Source: Zoogloea sp. (lineage in GTDB: Bacteria > Pseudomonadota > Gammaproteobacteria > Burkholderiales > Rhodocyclaceae). Taken from it: a stretch of 64,000 nt of DNA. Within the stretch, counting starts at the first letter, position 1; every line of letters starts with the position of its first letter. The stretch lies in the NCBI RefSeq assembly GCF_009026175.1, contig NZ_WBTZ01000002.1; one strand, given 5' to 3'. Below are positions 27,853 through 38,249 of this stretch, one piece after another. A program made the position numbers and the translations under genes. A model generated the notes under the pieces. The model was not told the DNA's origin and searched no databases. It saw only the letters and a program-made list of their open reading frames with translations.

Positions 27853-28622
27853 GACGGTCTGGCGTCCTTGAATAACCTGAAGAAATTGTTCGTGGTGGCC
27901 TCTGCGATGGTGGGCAGATTCGCGCCACGGGCATTGGCCACAGCCTCCGCTACATGGCGTACGTAAGCGGGCTGGTTGGTCTTGCCCCGGAAGGGCATGG
28001 GAGCCAGGTAGGGCGCGTCGGTCTCCACCAGCAGCCTGTCGAGGGGAACAAAGCGCGCGACATCCCGCAGAGCTTCAGCGTTCTTGAAGCTGACGATGCC
28101 CGAGAACGAGATGTAGAACCCCAGGTCCAGGGCTTGTTCAGCCACCTCACGGCTTTCGGTGAAGCAGTGCATCACGCCACCCGGCTGATCGGCCCCCTCC
28201 TCCTTCATCAGGCGCAGGGTGTCTGCTGCGGAGTCGCGGGTGTGGATGATCAGGGGCTTGTTACAACGCCTTGCCGCACGGATATGAGTGCGGAAGCGTT
28301 CGCGCTGCCACTCGGGAGCATCCTTATGCCAGTAGTAGTCGAGCCCGGTCTCGCCGATGGCGATCACTTTCGGGTGTGCGGCAAGCTCGAGCAGGCGCGC
28401 TTCGTCGGGCTCTTCCACCTCGGCATTGTCCGGGTGCACGCCGACCGAGGCGAACAGGTTGGCATGGCGTTCGGCGAGGCCGATCACGCCGGCCAGGGTC
28501 TCGAGCTTCACGCTGACGCACAGGGCGTGGGTGACGCCTTTTTCGGCCATGTTGGCCAGCATGGCGTCCTCGTCGGCGATCAGGTCGGGAAAGTCGAGGT
28601 GGCAGTGGGAGTCAACGAGCAT
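27849..28622 (-). CDS. tatD: TatD-family DNase
   Basis: DSHCHLD, IGETGLDY and ETDAPY motifs. Confidence 0.95.
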   Translation of the reverse strand: MLVDSHCHLDFPDLIADEDAMLANMAEKGVTHALCVSVKLETLAGVIGLAERHANLFASVGVHPDNAEVEEPDEARLLELAAHPKVIAIGETGLDYYWHKDAPEWQRERFRTHIRAARRCNKPLIIHTRDSAADTLRLMKEEGADQPGGVMHCFTESREVAEQALDLGFYISFSGIVSFKNAEALRDVARFVPLDRLLVETDAPYLAPMPFRGKTNQPAYVRHVAEAVANARGANLPTIAEATTNNFFRLFKDARPS

Positions 28623-28631
28623 TGCTGGAGA

Positions 28632-29003
28632 TCAGATGGTATGAGTGGGACGGGCTGAGCCGAGGTGGCCGGCGAGGATCTGCTCGATGCGGTTGCGGAG
28701 CACCTGCCCCGCTTCGTCACCGCCGAACTGCACGCCGATGCCCTGCGTCTTGTTGCCCTGTGCGCCGGCTGGCGTGATCCAGGCGACGGTGCCCGCCACC
28801 GGGTGCTTGGTGGGGTCGTCCATGATCTGCAGCAACATGAATATTTCGTCGCCGAGCTTGTAGCCGCGGGTTGTCGGCACGAACAGCCCCCCGTTACGGA
28901 TGAAAGGCATGTAGGCCGCGTAAAGGGCCGACTTCGACGTGATGTTGAGGGACAGGACGCTGGGTCGTGCCGCCACGGGTCTTCTGGGTGTCGGTTCGTT
29001 CAT
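28632..29003 (-). CDS. pilZ: Type IV pilus assembly protein PilZ
   Basis: LYAAYMPFIRNGGLFVPT and GIGVQF motifs; holB-pilZ-tatD synteny. Confidence 0.95.
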   Translation of the reverse strand: MNEPTPRRPVAARPSVLSLNITSKSALYAAYMPFIRNGGLFVPTTRGYKLGDEIFMLLQIMDDPTKHPVAGTVAWITPAGAQGNKTQGIGVQFGGDEAGQVLRNRIEQILAGHLGSARPTHTI

Positions 29004-30061
29004 TTGCGCACCGCAGTTGCGGCCGCCTGGAGGTTCCGGGCATACCGCAGCAGCATGTCTTCAAGAAATAGCCGGGGATTCAGAGGATGTTGCGCCACTC
29101 GCCGCGACTGGGTGATTTCATTGTAACAGCCGAGCGCAGTGTCCAAAGACATCCGCCCTGCCAGGATGGTCAGCGTGTCCCGGCAGTCCGGGAAAAAGCG
29201 CAGCGTGCCCCCCAGGCGCAAGGCGGACAGGTCGGCGACCCATCGTTGCATCCAGCTCACCAGGGTTGGCAGATCGAAGCCGACCGCAATCGATTCCTTG
29301 GACTTCAGCCAGGCCTCCCATTCACCAGCGAGGCGCATGGGCGGCTTGTCGGGAAGCTTTGAAATGTCACTGATGAAGCGTTTGCGCGCAGCGCCCACGC
29401 CGCCTTCGGCCATGTCTGCCGCCGCCAGCGGCATGCCTCCGCAGAAGGCCAGCAGGGCCTCCGCCTCGGGCAGCTTGCGCGCCTCCAGCCAGCGGTGGGC
29501 CTGATCTGCCGGTGGGCGGGGAAAGGTCCAGGTCTGGCAACGGCTGCGAATGGTGGGCAGCAGCCTTTTCGGTGACGAGGATACAAGCAGGAACTGGGCG
29601 TTGGTGGTGGGCTCCTCGAGCAGCTTGAGCAAGGCATTGGCGGTGAACGGATTCATCGCTTCGGGAGGATCCACGATGACGACACGCTGCCCTCCCCGAT
29701 GGCCGCCGGTGGTGAGGGCGTGCTGCAGGTCGCGGATCTGGTCGATCACGATCTGGCGGCTGGCGGTCTTGCCGCCTTCGGCCTTGTCCCCGGGGCTGTC
29801 CCCCCGCTCTTCCTGGTCAGCCTCCGGAATGACCCGGATCAGGTCCGGGTGATTGCCGGCCAGTCGCCACAGGCAATCCTCGCAGGCACCGCAGGCGTGC
29901 CCGCCGGCCCCCGGCTGGCTGCACAGGATGCGGGCGGCCAGCGCCTCGGCAAACAGTCTTTTGCCGCCACCTGCCGGCCCCGCGAAGAGCAGGGCATGGG
30001 GCATCCGCCCTGCGTTGTCGAGGACCCGCTGCCACAACCCGGACTGCCACTCGAAGATCAT
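29000..30061 (-). CDS. holB: DNA polymerase III delta' subunit
   Basis: [13 protein letters not shown], zinc-binding [18 protein letters not shown] and PTIRSRC motifs. Confidence 0.95.
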   Translation of the reverse strand: MIFEWQSGLWQRVLDNAGRMPHALLFAGPAGGGKRLFAEALAARILCSQPGAGGHACGACEDCLWRLAGNHPDLIRVIPEADQEERGDSPGDKAEGGKTASRQIVIDQIRDLQHALTTGGHRGGQRVVIVDPPEAMNPFTANALLKLLEEPTTNAQFLLVSSSPKRLLPTIRSRCQTWTFPRPPADQAHRWLEARKLPEAEALLAFCGGMPLAAADMAEGGVGAARKRFISDISKLPDKPPMRLAGEWEAWLKSKESIAVGFDLPTLVSWMQRWVADLSALRLGGTLRFFPDCRDTLTILAGRMSLDTALGCYNEITQSRRVAQHPLNPRLFLEDMLLRYARNLQAAATAVRK

Positions 30062-30675
30062 TGGAAGCAGGTCTCCAGGATGATGTTCTCCACCTCGCGG
30101 CGGATGGCGTCCGGGGTCTGCGCCGCGTCGATGATCTTGATCCGTGCCGGGTCGGCCGCAGCGCGACGCAGATAGGCATTGCGGACGCGTTCGAAAAAGT
30201 CGGCCTTTTCACGCTCGAAACGATCCGGCGCGTCGCCCGTGCCGGCCAGGCGGCGGGCTGCCTCCATCGGGTCAAGATCGAAGAGCAGGGTCAGGTCGGG
30301 CTGCAGGTGGGGGTGGACCCATTGCTCCAGCGCCGCAAAACGTGCTTCGTCCAGCCCCCGTCCGCCGACCTGGTAGGCATAGGTGGCGTCGGTGAAACGG
30401 TCGGACACCACCCATCTGCCCTCACCCAGCGCCGGTTCGATCACCGCGGCCAGATGCTCGCGGCGGGCGGCGAACATCAGCATCGCCTCGGTCTCGAGGT
30501 GCATTGCGTCGTGCAGCAACAGAGCCCTGAGCTTTTCGGCGAGGGGCGTGCCTCCGGGTTCGCGGGTCTGCACGACATTCAGGCCGCGGGATTCGATGAG
30601 GGCAACGGCAGCGGCGATCTGGCTGCTCTTGCCGGCGCCATCGATGCCTTCGAAGGTGATGAAACGGGATTTCAC
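30058..30675 (-). CDS. tmk: Thymidylate kinase
   Basis: [19 protein letters not shown] and SDRF motifs. Confidence 0.97.
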   Translation of the reverse strand: MKSRFITFEGIDGAGKSSQIAAAVALIESRGLNVVQTREPGGTPLAEKLRALLLHDAMHLETEAMLMFAARREHLAAVIEPALGEGRWVVSDRFTDATYAYQVGGRGLDEARFAALEQWVHPHLQPDLTLLFDLDPMEAARRLAGTGDAPDRFEREKADFFERVRNAYLRRAAADPARIKIIDAAQTPDAIRREVENIILETCFQ

Positions 30676-31673
30676 GGCGACGGTTTCCGGATGTAGCGGG
30701 CAACGGCCCGGTTATGTTCTTCCAGGGAACGGGAGAAGGCGCTGGAGCCATCGCCCCGCGCCACGAAATAGAGATAGTCGGTTGGTTCCGGATTGAGCGC
30801 CGCCCGCATTGCGGCGACCCCCGGCATGGAGATCGGGGTGGGGGGCAGGCCCATGCGCAGGTAGGTGTTGTAGGCCGAATCGGCCAGCAGGTCGCGCTTG
30901 CGCAGGTTGCCGTCAAACGCCGTACCCAGTCCGTAGATGACCGTGGGATCGGTCTGCAGCAGCATTCCGGCGCGCAGGCGGTTCACGAAGACGGAGGCCA
31001 CCAATGGTCTGTCGGCCGCCAGTCCGGTCTCCTTCTCGACGATGGAGGCCATGATCAGGGCTTCGTAAGGGTCTTTGTAGGGCAGTCCGTCGGCCCGCTT
31101 CTCCCATTCCCGCTGCAGGACCCGTTGCTGGTTGCGATAGGCCCGGCGCAGCACATCCAGGTCGCTGGACTGGCGGGCAAACAGATAGGTGTCGGGGAAG
31201 AACAGCCCCTCAGGGTGCCGCGCGGCAGCGCCGATGCGTTCGAGGACCTGGGCATCGCTGAGGCCTGCGCTGTCATGCCGGAGGTCGGGATGCCGATCCA
31301 GGGCGGCGCGGAACTGGCGGAAGCTCCATCCCTCGATCAGGGCCACATCGCCCTGGGTGGTGTCGCCGCGGCTGAGCTTGTCGAGCAGGCGGAGAGGCGT
31401 CACGCCGTTTTCGATCTGGTAGCTGCCTGCCTTGATGGCGTTGGCCTGGCGGGTCAGGCGCGACAGGGTGACCAGCAGGAAGGGCTCCACATCGATCCCC
31501 GAATCAACAAGCTGGCGCGCCACCTGGCGCATCGACGAGCCGGGTTCCACGGTGAAGTCGAGGGGGCTTTGGCGTAAACCGACCGGACTTTGTGCGAACC
31601 ATGCCAATCCCCCCGCGATGAGTAGAGCTGCCATGAGCACCATTGCACACAGACGAAAAAACAGGCGCTTCAT
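30672..31673 (-). CDS. mltG: Endolytic transglycosylase MltG
   Basis: [25 protein letters not shown] and YNTY motifs; N-terminal TM; start at ATG 31673. Confidence 0.95.
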   Translation of the reverse strand: MKRLFFRLCAMVLMAALLIAGGLAWFAQSPVGLRQSPLDFTVEPGSSMRQVARQLVDSGIDVEPFLLVTLSRLTRQANAIKAGSYQIENGVTPLRLLDKLSRGDTTQGDVALIEGWSFRQFRAALDRHPDLRHDSAGLSDAQVLERIGAAARHPEGLFFPDTYLFARQSSDLDVLRRAYRNQQRVLQREWEKRADGLPYKDPYEALIMASIVEKETGLAADRPLVASVFVNRLRAGMLLQTDPTVIYGLGTAFDGNLRKRDLLADSAYNTYLRMGLPPTPISMPGVAAMRAALNPEPTDYLYFVARGDGSSAFSRSLEEHNRAVARYIRKPSP

Positions 31674-31846
31674 CGGGGAACTTGAGGCTTTCGGGAAGAA
31701 CGAAGGAACGAGGAAAGGAGGAAGATCCAGCAAAAACTGAGGGCTTGGTTCTTGCTTTGACCGAGCAGGACAGCCCCCGTGCGGCGACGCCCCTATAATA
31801 GCGCAAACCGCTTTGAGACTCGTTTTTGCGACAGGACCCCAAACTG

Positions 31847-32878
31847 ATGAACGCTACATGGCAATCCCACCTCGGCGCCAAGGGCGCCCGGTTCACCGAT
31901 TTCTCCGTTCAGTTCAATGACGATGCCCGGCAGGACGTGGTGCTCGCGTCCCAGGGGACGGTCGTGGTACCGCTGCAGCACCTGGGGACGATCCGCGCCA
32001 CCGGCGAGGACGCCGCGGTGTTCCTGCACAACCTGTTTTCCAACGATGTGAAGAAGCTCGGCCCGAATGAAGCCCAGCTGACCAGCTTCAATACGGCCAA
32101 GGGGCGCATGCTCGCCAGCATCGTGCTGTGGCGGGAGGGCAGCGACTACCTGCTGACCTTGTCGGCGGACATCCATGCGGCCATGCTCAAGAAGTTGTCC
32201 ATGTACGTGCTGCGCTCCAAGGTGCGCCTGATGGACGACAGCGGCGACTGCGTGTTGATCGGCCTGGCCGGCCCCCAGGCGGGCGCGGCCCTCGAGGCCG
32301 CCGGCCTGCACATTCCCGGCACGCCCAGGGCCACGGCTTCCGGGGTGGCCACCGTGGTGCGCCTCGAAGGCGCCCGCTTCATCGTTTCGGCCCCCCTCTC
32401 CGAGGCCCTGGGCCTGTGGGACAAGTTCGTCGCCAGCGGGGCCGTCCCGGCCGGCACGGCGGCCTGGCAGTGGGCCGACATCGTGCAGGGGCAACCCACC
32501 GTCACGCAGCCGATCCAGGAGGAGTTCGTCGCCCAGATGCTCAATTTCGACCTGATCGGTGGAGTCAGCTTCAACAAGGGCTGCTATCCCGGCCAGGAGA
32601 TCGTCGCCCGCACCCACTACCTGGGCAAGCTCAAGAAGCGCATGTTCCGCGTGCATATCGATGTGGCGGACGCGCCAGCCCCTGGTGCCGACGTCTTCTC
32701 GCCCGAATTCGGCGAACAGTCCGCCGGCAAGGTGGTGATGGCGGCCCCCGCGCCAAGCGCCGGTTTTGATGCGCTCATCGTGCTGCAGACTTCCAGCGCA
32801 GACTCCACCGAGGTGCACCTGGGGTCGCCGCAGGGGCCGTCCGTGAGCTTCCTGCCCCTGCCCTACGCACTGGCCTGA
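31847..32878 (+). CDS. ygfZ: Folate-binding Fe-S cluster repair protein YgfZ
   Basis: GVSFNKGCYPGQEIVAR signature. Confidence 0.93.
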   Translation: MNATWQSHLGAKGARFTDFSVQFNDDARQDVVLASQGTVVVPLQHLGTIRATGEDAAVFLHNLFSNDVKKLGPNEAQLTSFNTAKGRMLASIVLWREGSDYLLTLSADIHAAMLKKLSMYVLRSKVRLMDDSGDCVLIGLAGPQAGAALEAAGLHIPGTPRATASGVATVVRLEGARFIVSAPLSEALGLWDKFVASGAVPAGTAAWQWADIVQGQPTVTQPIQEEFVAQMLNFDLIGGVSFNKGCYPGQEIVARTHYLGKLKKRMFRVHIDVADAPAPGADVFSPEFGEQSAGKVVMAAPAPSAGFDALIVLQTSSADSTEVHLGSPQGPSVSFLPLPYALA

Positions 32879-32888
32879 GTTCGCGCAT

Positions 32889-33179
32889 TTGACACTGTCC
32901 CACTACTACATCTACTACCCGGTCCGGATCGGCATGGAAGCCGATCTGGCCCACACCCTCTACAACCTGCAGGACGATCTCCGTCACCGGACGGGCATCG
33001 CCGGGCGCTTTCTGCGCAAGGCTGACGACCCCTGGACGTGGATGGAGATCTACGAGAACGTGGCCGATCCGGTTGTCTTCGATGCCGCGCTCGAGCAGGC
33101 CGTGGAGTGCCATGGCCTCGATCGTTTTCTCGACGAGGGTGGGCGCCGCCACATCGAGCGCTTCGTCCCATGTGCCTGA
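32889..33179 (+). CDS. DUF4936-like small protein
   Basis: YYIYY...TWMEIYE pattern; position between ygfZ and the NRDE gene. Confidence 0.65.
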   Translation: MTLSHYYIYYPVRIGMEADLAHTLYNLQDDLRHRTGIAGRFLRKADDPWTWMEIYENVADPVVFDAALEQAVECHGLDRFLDEGGRRHIERFVPCA

Positions 33180-33937
33180 TCCTCGTCGCCTGGCAGGCGC
33201 ATCCGGATTTTCCGCTGGTGGTCGCCGCCAACCGGGATGAGTTCTTTGCCCGCCCGGCCGCGACCGCGGCATGGTGGACGGATCATCCCGACATCTTCGC
33301 CGGCCGCGACCTGGAGGCCGGGGGAACCTGGCTGGGACTCAGCCGCTCGGGGCGCTTCGCCGGGCTGACCAACTTCCGTGACCCGGGCCGGCAGCGGGCT
33401 GGCACGCCATCCCGCGGCGATCTCGTCGCAGATTTCCTGAGGAGTTCAGAGACAACGGCTGCTGCACTGGAGCGCCTGCAGAGGGAGGGGCCACGCTACA
33501 ACGGTTTCAACCTGATGGTCTCCGACGGTGCAAGCCTGGGCGTTCACGAAAGCGTCAGCGGTGTATCGCACCTGCTGGAGCCGGGGCTCTACGCCTTGTC
33601 CAACGATCTGCTCGACACGCCCTGGCCCAAGGCCGTGGCCGGCAAGTCCCGCCTGTCGCGGGCGCTGACCGCCCTGCCCGACGACACCCCGCTGCGCGAA
33701 CTCCTGCGCGACGACCGGCCGGCTCCCGACGAACTCCTGCCCCGTACCGGCGTCAGCCTGGCCTGGGAGCGCATGCTCTCCAGCGCCTTCATCCGCGCCC
33801 CCGGGTATGGCACCCGCTGCTCCACGGTGATCCGCCGCAGCCGGCGCGGCTGGACCCATGTCACCGAATCCACCTGGAACGAGGTCGGCCAGGAAGCCGA
33901 CCGGGTCACTGAGACCTTCCAGATCGCCCGGCCCTGA
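33170..33937 (+). CDS. NRDE-family (TANGO2) protein
   Basis: MCLI...AANRDEF, GGTWLG, LTNFR and YGTRCST motifs. Confidence 0.92.
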   Translation: MCLILVAWQAHPDFPLVVAANRDEFFARPAATAAWWTDHPDIFAGRDLEAGGTWLGLSRSGRFAGLTNFRDPGRQRAGTPSRGDLVADFLRSSETTAAALERLQREGPRYNGFNLMVSDGASLGVHESVSGVSHLLEPGLYALSNDLLDTPWPKAVAGKSRLSRALTALPDDTPLRELLRDDRPAPDELLPRTGVSLAWERMLSSAFIRAPGYGTRCSTVIRRSRRGWTHVTESTWNEVGQEADRVTETFQIARP

Positions 33938-33988
33938 ACCGGGCTGCGCCTATAATCCTGTCCTTCGCTTTCTGTTGCACGCAGCCGC

Positions 33989-36900
33989 ATGTCCGCCTCC
34001 CCCCGCTTCAGCGCCCTCCTTCCCGCCCTCGATGCCTTTGCCCGGGCCAAGCCGGGGCAGCGCCTCGACCTGCCCGCCCTCGCCGGCTCAGCCGACGCAC
34101 TGGCAATCGCCCGCCTGGCCCGGGAGGGAAGCATGCTGGTGGTCATCACGGCCAATCCGCTCGATGCCCAGCGGCTGTCCGACGAGATCGCCTGGCTGGC
34201 CCCCGGCCTGCGCACCCACCTCCTGCCGGACTGGGAGACCCTGCCCTACGACAGCTTCTCGCCCCACCAGGACCTCATCTCCGAACGTCTGTCCACCCTC
34301 TACGCGATCAGCCGCGGCGAGGCCGACATTGCCCTGGTGCCCGCCTCCACCGCCTTGTACCGGCTGGCGCCGCCGGCCTTCCTGGCGGCCTACACCTTCT
34401 TCCTGAAGCAGGGCGAAAAGCTCGATGTGGAGCGCCTGCGCAACCAGATGACGGTGGCGGGCTACGCCCATGTCACCCAGGTCATGACCCCCGGCGAATA
34501 CAGCGTGCGCGGCGGCCTGGTGGACCTCTTCCCGATGGGTGCCGCCCTGCCCTACCGGATCGACCTGTTCGACGAGGAAGTCGAGAGCATCAAGACCTTC
34601 GATCCGGACACCCAGCGCACGGTTTTCCCCGTCAAGGAAGTCCGGCTGCTGCCGGCCCGCGAGTTCCCCATGGACGAAAAGGGCCGCACCCGCTTCCGCG
34701 GCCGTTTTCGCGAGGCCTTCGAAGGCGATCCGTCGCGCTGCATGGTCTACAAGGATGTCTCCAACGGCATCGCGCCATCCGGCATCGAGTACTACCTGCC
34801 CCTCTTCTTCGACGAGACGGCCACCCTCTTCGATTACCTGCCGGACAGCGCTCCGATCCTGCTGCACCGGGACGTGCCCGGGGCGATCGAGGCCTTCTCG
34901 AAGGACGCGCGCAGTCGCCACAAGCTGCTCGGCGGCAACAAGACGCGCCCCATCCTGCCACCGGATCAGCTCTTTCTGTCGGAAGAGAGCTTCTTCGTGG
35001 CCCTCAAGGAGCGGATCCGCCTGGCCCTGCCCCCGGGCGGCAGTGACGGCCCGGCCCGCCCCCTCCCCGACATCTCGGTGGAGCGCAAGGCCAGCGACCC
35101 GCTGCACCGCTTCAAGGCGTTCTGCGCCAGCTTTCCGGGACGTGTCCTGGTGCTGGCCGAATCCGCCGGCCGCCAGCAGACGATTGCCGAGTTCTTTGCC
35201 GAATACGGCCTGAAGCCCGAGGCCAATGGCGACTTCGACGGCTTCGTGGGGAGCACGGCGCGGCTGGCCCTGGGCACCGGCCCCCTGGCCGGCGGCTTCA
35301 TTCTGGAGCAGGCCGGCCTGGCGGTGGTCACCGAGTCCGAGCTCTATGCCGCCACCGCACGCACCCGCACGCGCCGCGACAGCCGCAAGGCGGCAACGGT
35401 GGAGGGCTGGCTGAAGGACCTGTCGGAGCTCAAGCAGGGCGACCCGGTCGTGCATTCGAGCCACGGCATCGGCCGCTACATGGGCCTGGTGCACATGGAC
35501 CTGGGCGAAGGCCATACCGAGTTCCTGCACCTCGAATACGCCAACGGCGACAAGCTCTACGTGCCGGTGTCCCAGTTGCATGTGATCACCCGCTACGCCG
35601 GCGCCGATCCGGAGGCCGTCCACCTGCATACCCTGGGCTCCGGCCAGTGGGAGAAGGCCAAGAAGAAGGCCGCCCAGCAGGTCCGCGACACCGCCGCCGA
35701 ACTGCTCGCCCTGTATGCCCAGCGCGCCGCCCGCAAGGGCCACAAGTTCGACTTCAAGCAGCACGACCTGGAGGCCTTCGCCGACGGCTTCGGTTTCGAG
35801 GAGACTCCCGACCAACTGGCGGCGATCGAGGCCGTGATTGCCGACATGAAGTCCGGCAAGCCGATGGACCGCCTGGTCTGCGGCGACGTGGGCTTCGGCA
35901 AGACCGAAGTCGCCCTGCGCGCCGCCTTCATTGCGGTGGCCGACGGCAAGCAGGTGGTTGTCCTGTGCCCTACCACCCTGCTGGCGGAGCAGCACTATCA
36001 GACCTTCGCCGACCGCTTCGCCGACTGGCCGATCAAGGTTGCCGAGCTGTCCCGCTTCAAGAGCGCCAAGGAGCAGGCCGAGGCCATCCAGCAACTCGGT
36101 GAGGGCAAGGTGGACATCCTGATCGGTACCCACCGCTTGCTGCAGAAGGACGTCACCTTCAAGCGCCTGGGTCTGGTCATCATCGACGAGGAACACCGCT
36201 TCGGGGTGCGCCAGAAGGAAGCCCTCAAGGCCTTGCGCAGCGAGGTGGACATCCTCACCCTCACCGCCACGCCGATTCCCCGCACCCTGGGCCTGGCCCT
36301 GGAGGGCTTGCGCGAGTTCTCGGTGATCGCCACCGCACCGCAAAAGCGACTGGCCATCAAGACCTTCGTCCAGCCGCACAGCAAGGGCATCGTGCGCGAG
36401 GCGGTGCTGCGCGAATTCAAGCGCGGCGGGCAGGTGTATTTCCTGCACAACGAGGTGGAGACCATCGAGAACGTGCGTGAATCCCTCGAGGAGCTGCTGC
36501 CCGAGGCGCGCATCGTCATCGGCCACGGCCAGCTGCCCGAGCGGGAACTCGAACGGGTGATGCGCGACTTCACCACCCAGAAGGCCAATCTGCTGCTGTG
36601 CACCACCATCATCGAGACAGGCATCAACATCCCGACCGCCAACACCATCATCATCAACCGGGCCGACCGCTTCGGCCTGGCCCAGCTGCACCAGCTGCGC
36701 GGACGGGTCGGCCGCTCCCACCACCAGGCCTACGCCTACCTGCTCACCGATGCCAACGCCAAGCCCACCGCCCAGGCCCAGAAGCGCCTGGAGGCCATCA
36801 CCATGATGGAAGAGCTCGGTTCCGGCTTCTACCTGGCGATGCAGGATCTGGAGATCCGCGGCGCTGGCGAAGTGCTCGGCGAGAATCAGTCCGGCGAGAT

Positions 36901-37432
36901 CCAGCAGGTCGGGGTCAGCCTTTACACCGAGATGCTCAAGCGCGCCGTGCGCGACCTGCAGCAGGGCAAGGAGCCCGACCTCAGCCAGCCCCTGGAGGTC
37001 GTCTCCGAAATCAATCTCCACGCCCCCGCGCTGCTGCCCAATGACTACTGCAGCGACGTACAGGAGCGCCTGACGCTCTACAAGCGCCTGGCCAACTGTG
37101 ACAGCGAGGAGGAACTGCAGGCCCTGCAGGAGGAATTGATCGACCGCTTCGGCGAGTTGCCGCCGCAGACCCGCAGCCTGCTCGAAACCCACCGCCTGCG
37201 CATGCTCGTCAAACCCTACGGAGTGGCCAAGATGGATGCATCCGAGAGCCAGATCACCGTGCAGTTCGGCCCGAATGCACCGATCGATCCGGTCAAGGTC
37301 ATCATGTTGATCCAGAAGGACCGCAACATCCGCATGTCGGGCCAGGACAAGCTGGTGCGCAAGTTCGCCGCCCCCGACCTGAAGGCACGTGTGCAGGCCG
37401 TGCGCGAACTGCTCGAGGCGGTCAAGGCCTGA
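33989..37432 (+). CDS. mfd: Transcription-repair coupling factor
   Basis: LPDWETLPYD, CarD/RID domain, CGDVGFGKTEVA, DEEH, QLRGRVGR and TRCF C-domain. Confidence 0.98.
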   Translation: MSASPRFSALLPALDAFARAKPGQRLDLPALAGSADALAIARLAREGSMLVVITANPLDAQRLSDEIAWLAPGLRTHLLPDWETLPYDSFSPHQDLISERLSTLYAISRGEADIALVPASTALYRLAPPAFLAAYTFFLKQGEKLDVERLRNQMTVAGYAHVTQVMTPGEYSVRGGLVDLFPMGAALPYRIDLFDEEVESIKTFDPDTQRTVFPVKEVRLLPAREFPMDEKGRTRFRGRFREAFEGDPSRCMVYKDVSNGIAPSGIEYYLPLFFDETATLFDYLPDSAPILLHRDVPGAIEAFSKDARSRHKLLGGNKTRPILPPDQLFLSEESFFVALKERIRLALPPGGSDGPARPLPDISVERKASDPLHRFKAFCASFPGRVLVLAESAGRQQTIAEFFAEYGLKPEANGDFDGFVGSTARLALGTGPLAGGFILEQAGLAVVTESELYAATARTRTRRDSRKAATVEGWLKDLSELKQGDPVVHSSHGIGRYMGLVHMDLGEGHTEFLHLEYANGDKLYVPVSQLHVITRYAGADPEAVHLHTLGSGQWEKAKKKAAQQVRDTAAELLALYAQRAARKGHKFDFKQHDLEAFADGFGFEETPDQLAAIEAVIADMKSGKPMDRLVCGDVGFGKTEVALRAAFIAVADGKQVVVLCPTTLLAEQHYQTFADRFADWPIKVAELSRFKSAKEQAEAIQQLGEGKVDILIGTHRLLQKDVTFKRLGLVIIDEEHRFGVRQKEALKALRSEVDILTLTATPIPRTLGLALEGLREFSVIATAPQKRLAIKTFVQPHSKGIVREAVLREFKRGGQVYFLHNEVETIENVRESLEELLPEARIVIGHGQLPERELERVMRDFTTQKANLLLCTTIIETGINIPTANTIIINRADRFGLAQLHQLRGRVGRSHHQAYAYLLTDANAKPTAQAQKRLEAITMMEELGSGFYLAMQDLEIRGAGEVLGENQSGEIQQVGVSLYTEMLKRAVRDLQQGKEPDLSQPLEVVSEINLHAPALLPNDYCSDVQERLTLYKRLANCDSEEELQALQEELIDRFGELPPQTRSLLETHRLRMLVKPYGVAKMDASESQITVQFGPNAPIDPVKVIMLIQKDRNIRMSGQDKLVRKFAAPDLKARVQAVRELLEAVKA

Positions 37433-38249
37433 CCAGCAGATCGTTGAAGGCGCCGCGTGCCTTCAAACGCAGGAAGGCCTTGTTCAATCGTTCGATAGCC
37501 GGCTTCTTGCCGGCTGTCTTCAGGTACACGAGGTGCAGCGGATCACTGCGCACGGCCTTGGGCAGGACTGCAAACTGATCGATCCGGCCCTTCAGTTCAG
37601 GTTCAGCCTCCAGCATGTAACGCACTCCGTCCCGCCCGCTGCCGACGAAGACGGCGTCCACCCGCCCGGCCAGCAGCTTGAGCATGCGGCTCTGCTGGTC
37701 CGCATCCCGATCCACGGCGAAAACCCCCTGGGCGATGGCCTCATCCACGGCATCGCCGTACGATGAGCCGAGCCCCAGACCAATGACTTTGCCCTTCAGG
37801 TCCTGCAGGGTTTCGAAGGGGAACGCGTTGCCCTTCCTGACCACCAGCACAACTTCCGATAGGTACAGGGGTACCGAGTAGTCGTAGATCTCCGCCCGCT
37901 CCGAATTCCAGGAGATGTTCGCCGCTGCGCCCTCTCCGGCGGAGGCCATACGTATTACCCGAGCCCAAGGCACGAGACGGATGTCGTAGGTGTCGCCGGT
38001 TTCGGCCTGCAGGCGCTGCAGGATCCTGGGAAAGATCCCATCTGCCTTGCCTGCCTTCAGATACGAGATCGGCGGAAAGCGATCGCTCCCATACACGATC
38101 AGCGTCTCGGCATGGGCCACGCCGACCAGCAGGGCGACCAGAAGCGCGCCCATGACCCCTCGTCGCCGCCACCACGAAAAATGCCGGCCTGCATCGAGGG
38201 GGATGCGGTGACCGCAAGGACAGAACGGTCGGGTCTCGGCAAACTGCAT
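37422..38249 (-). CDS. Family-3 (polar amino acid type) periplasmic substrate-binding protein, copy A
   Basis: FPPISY...GIFPRIL, PWARV, DLKGKVIG and KLLAGRVDAV motifs; no permease or ATPase nearby. Confidence 0.82.
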   Translation of the reverse strand: MQFAETRPFCPCGHRIPLDAGRHFSWWRRRGVMGALLVALLVGVAHAETLIVYGSDRFPPISYLKAGKADGIFPRILQRLQAETGDTYDIRLVPWARVIRMASAGEGAAANISWNSERAEIYDYSVPLYLSEVVLVVRKGNAFPFETLQDLKGKVIGLGLGSSYGDAVDEAIAQGVFAVDRDADQQSRMLKLLAGRVDAVFVGSGRDGVRYMLEAEPELKGRIDQFAVLPKAVRSDPLHLVYLKTAGKKPAIERLNKAFLRLKARGAFNDLLVRP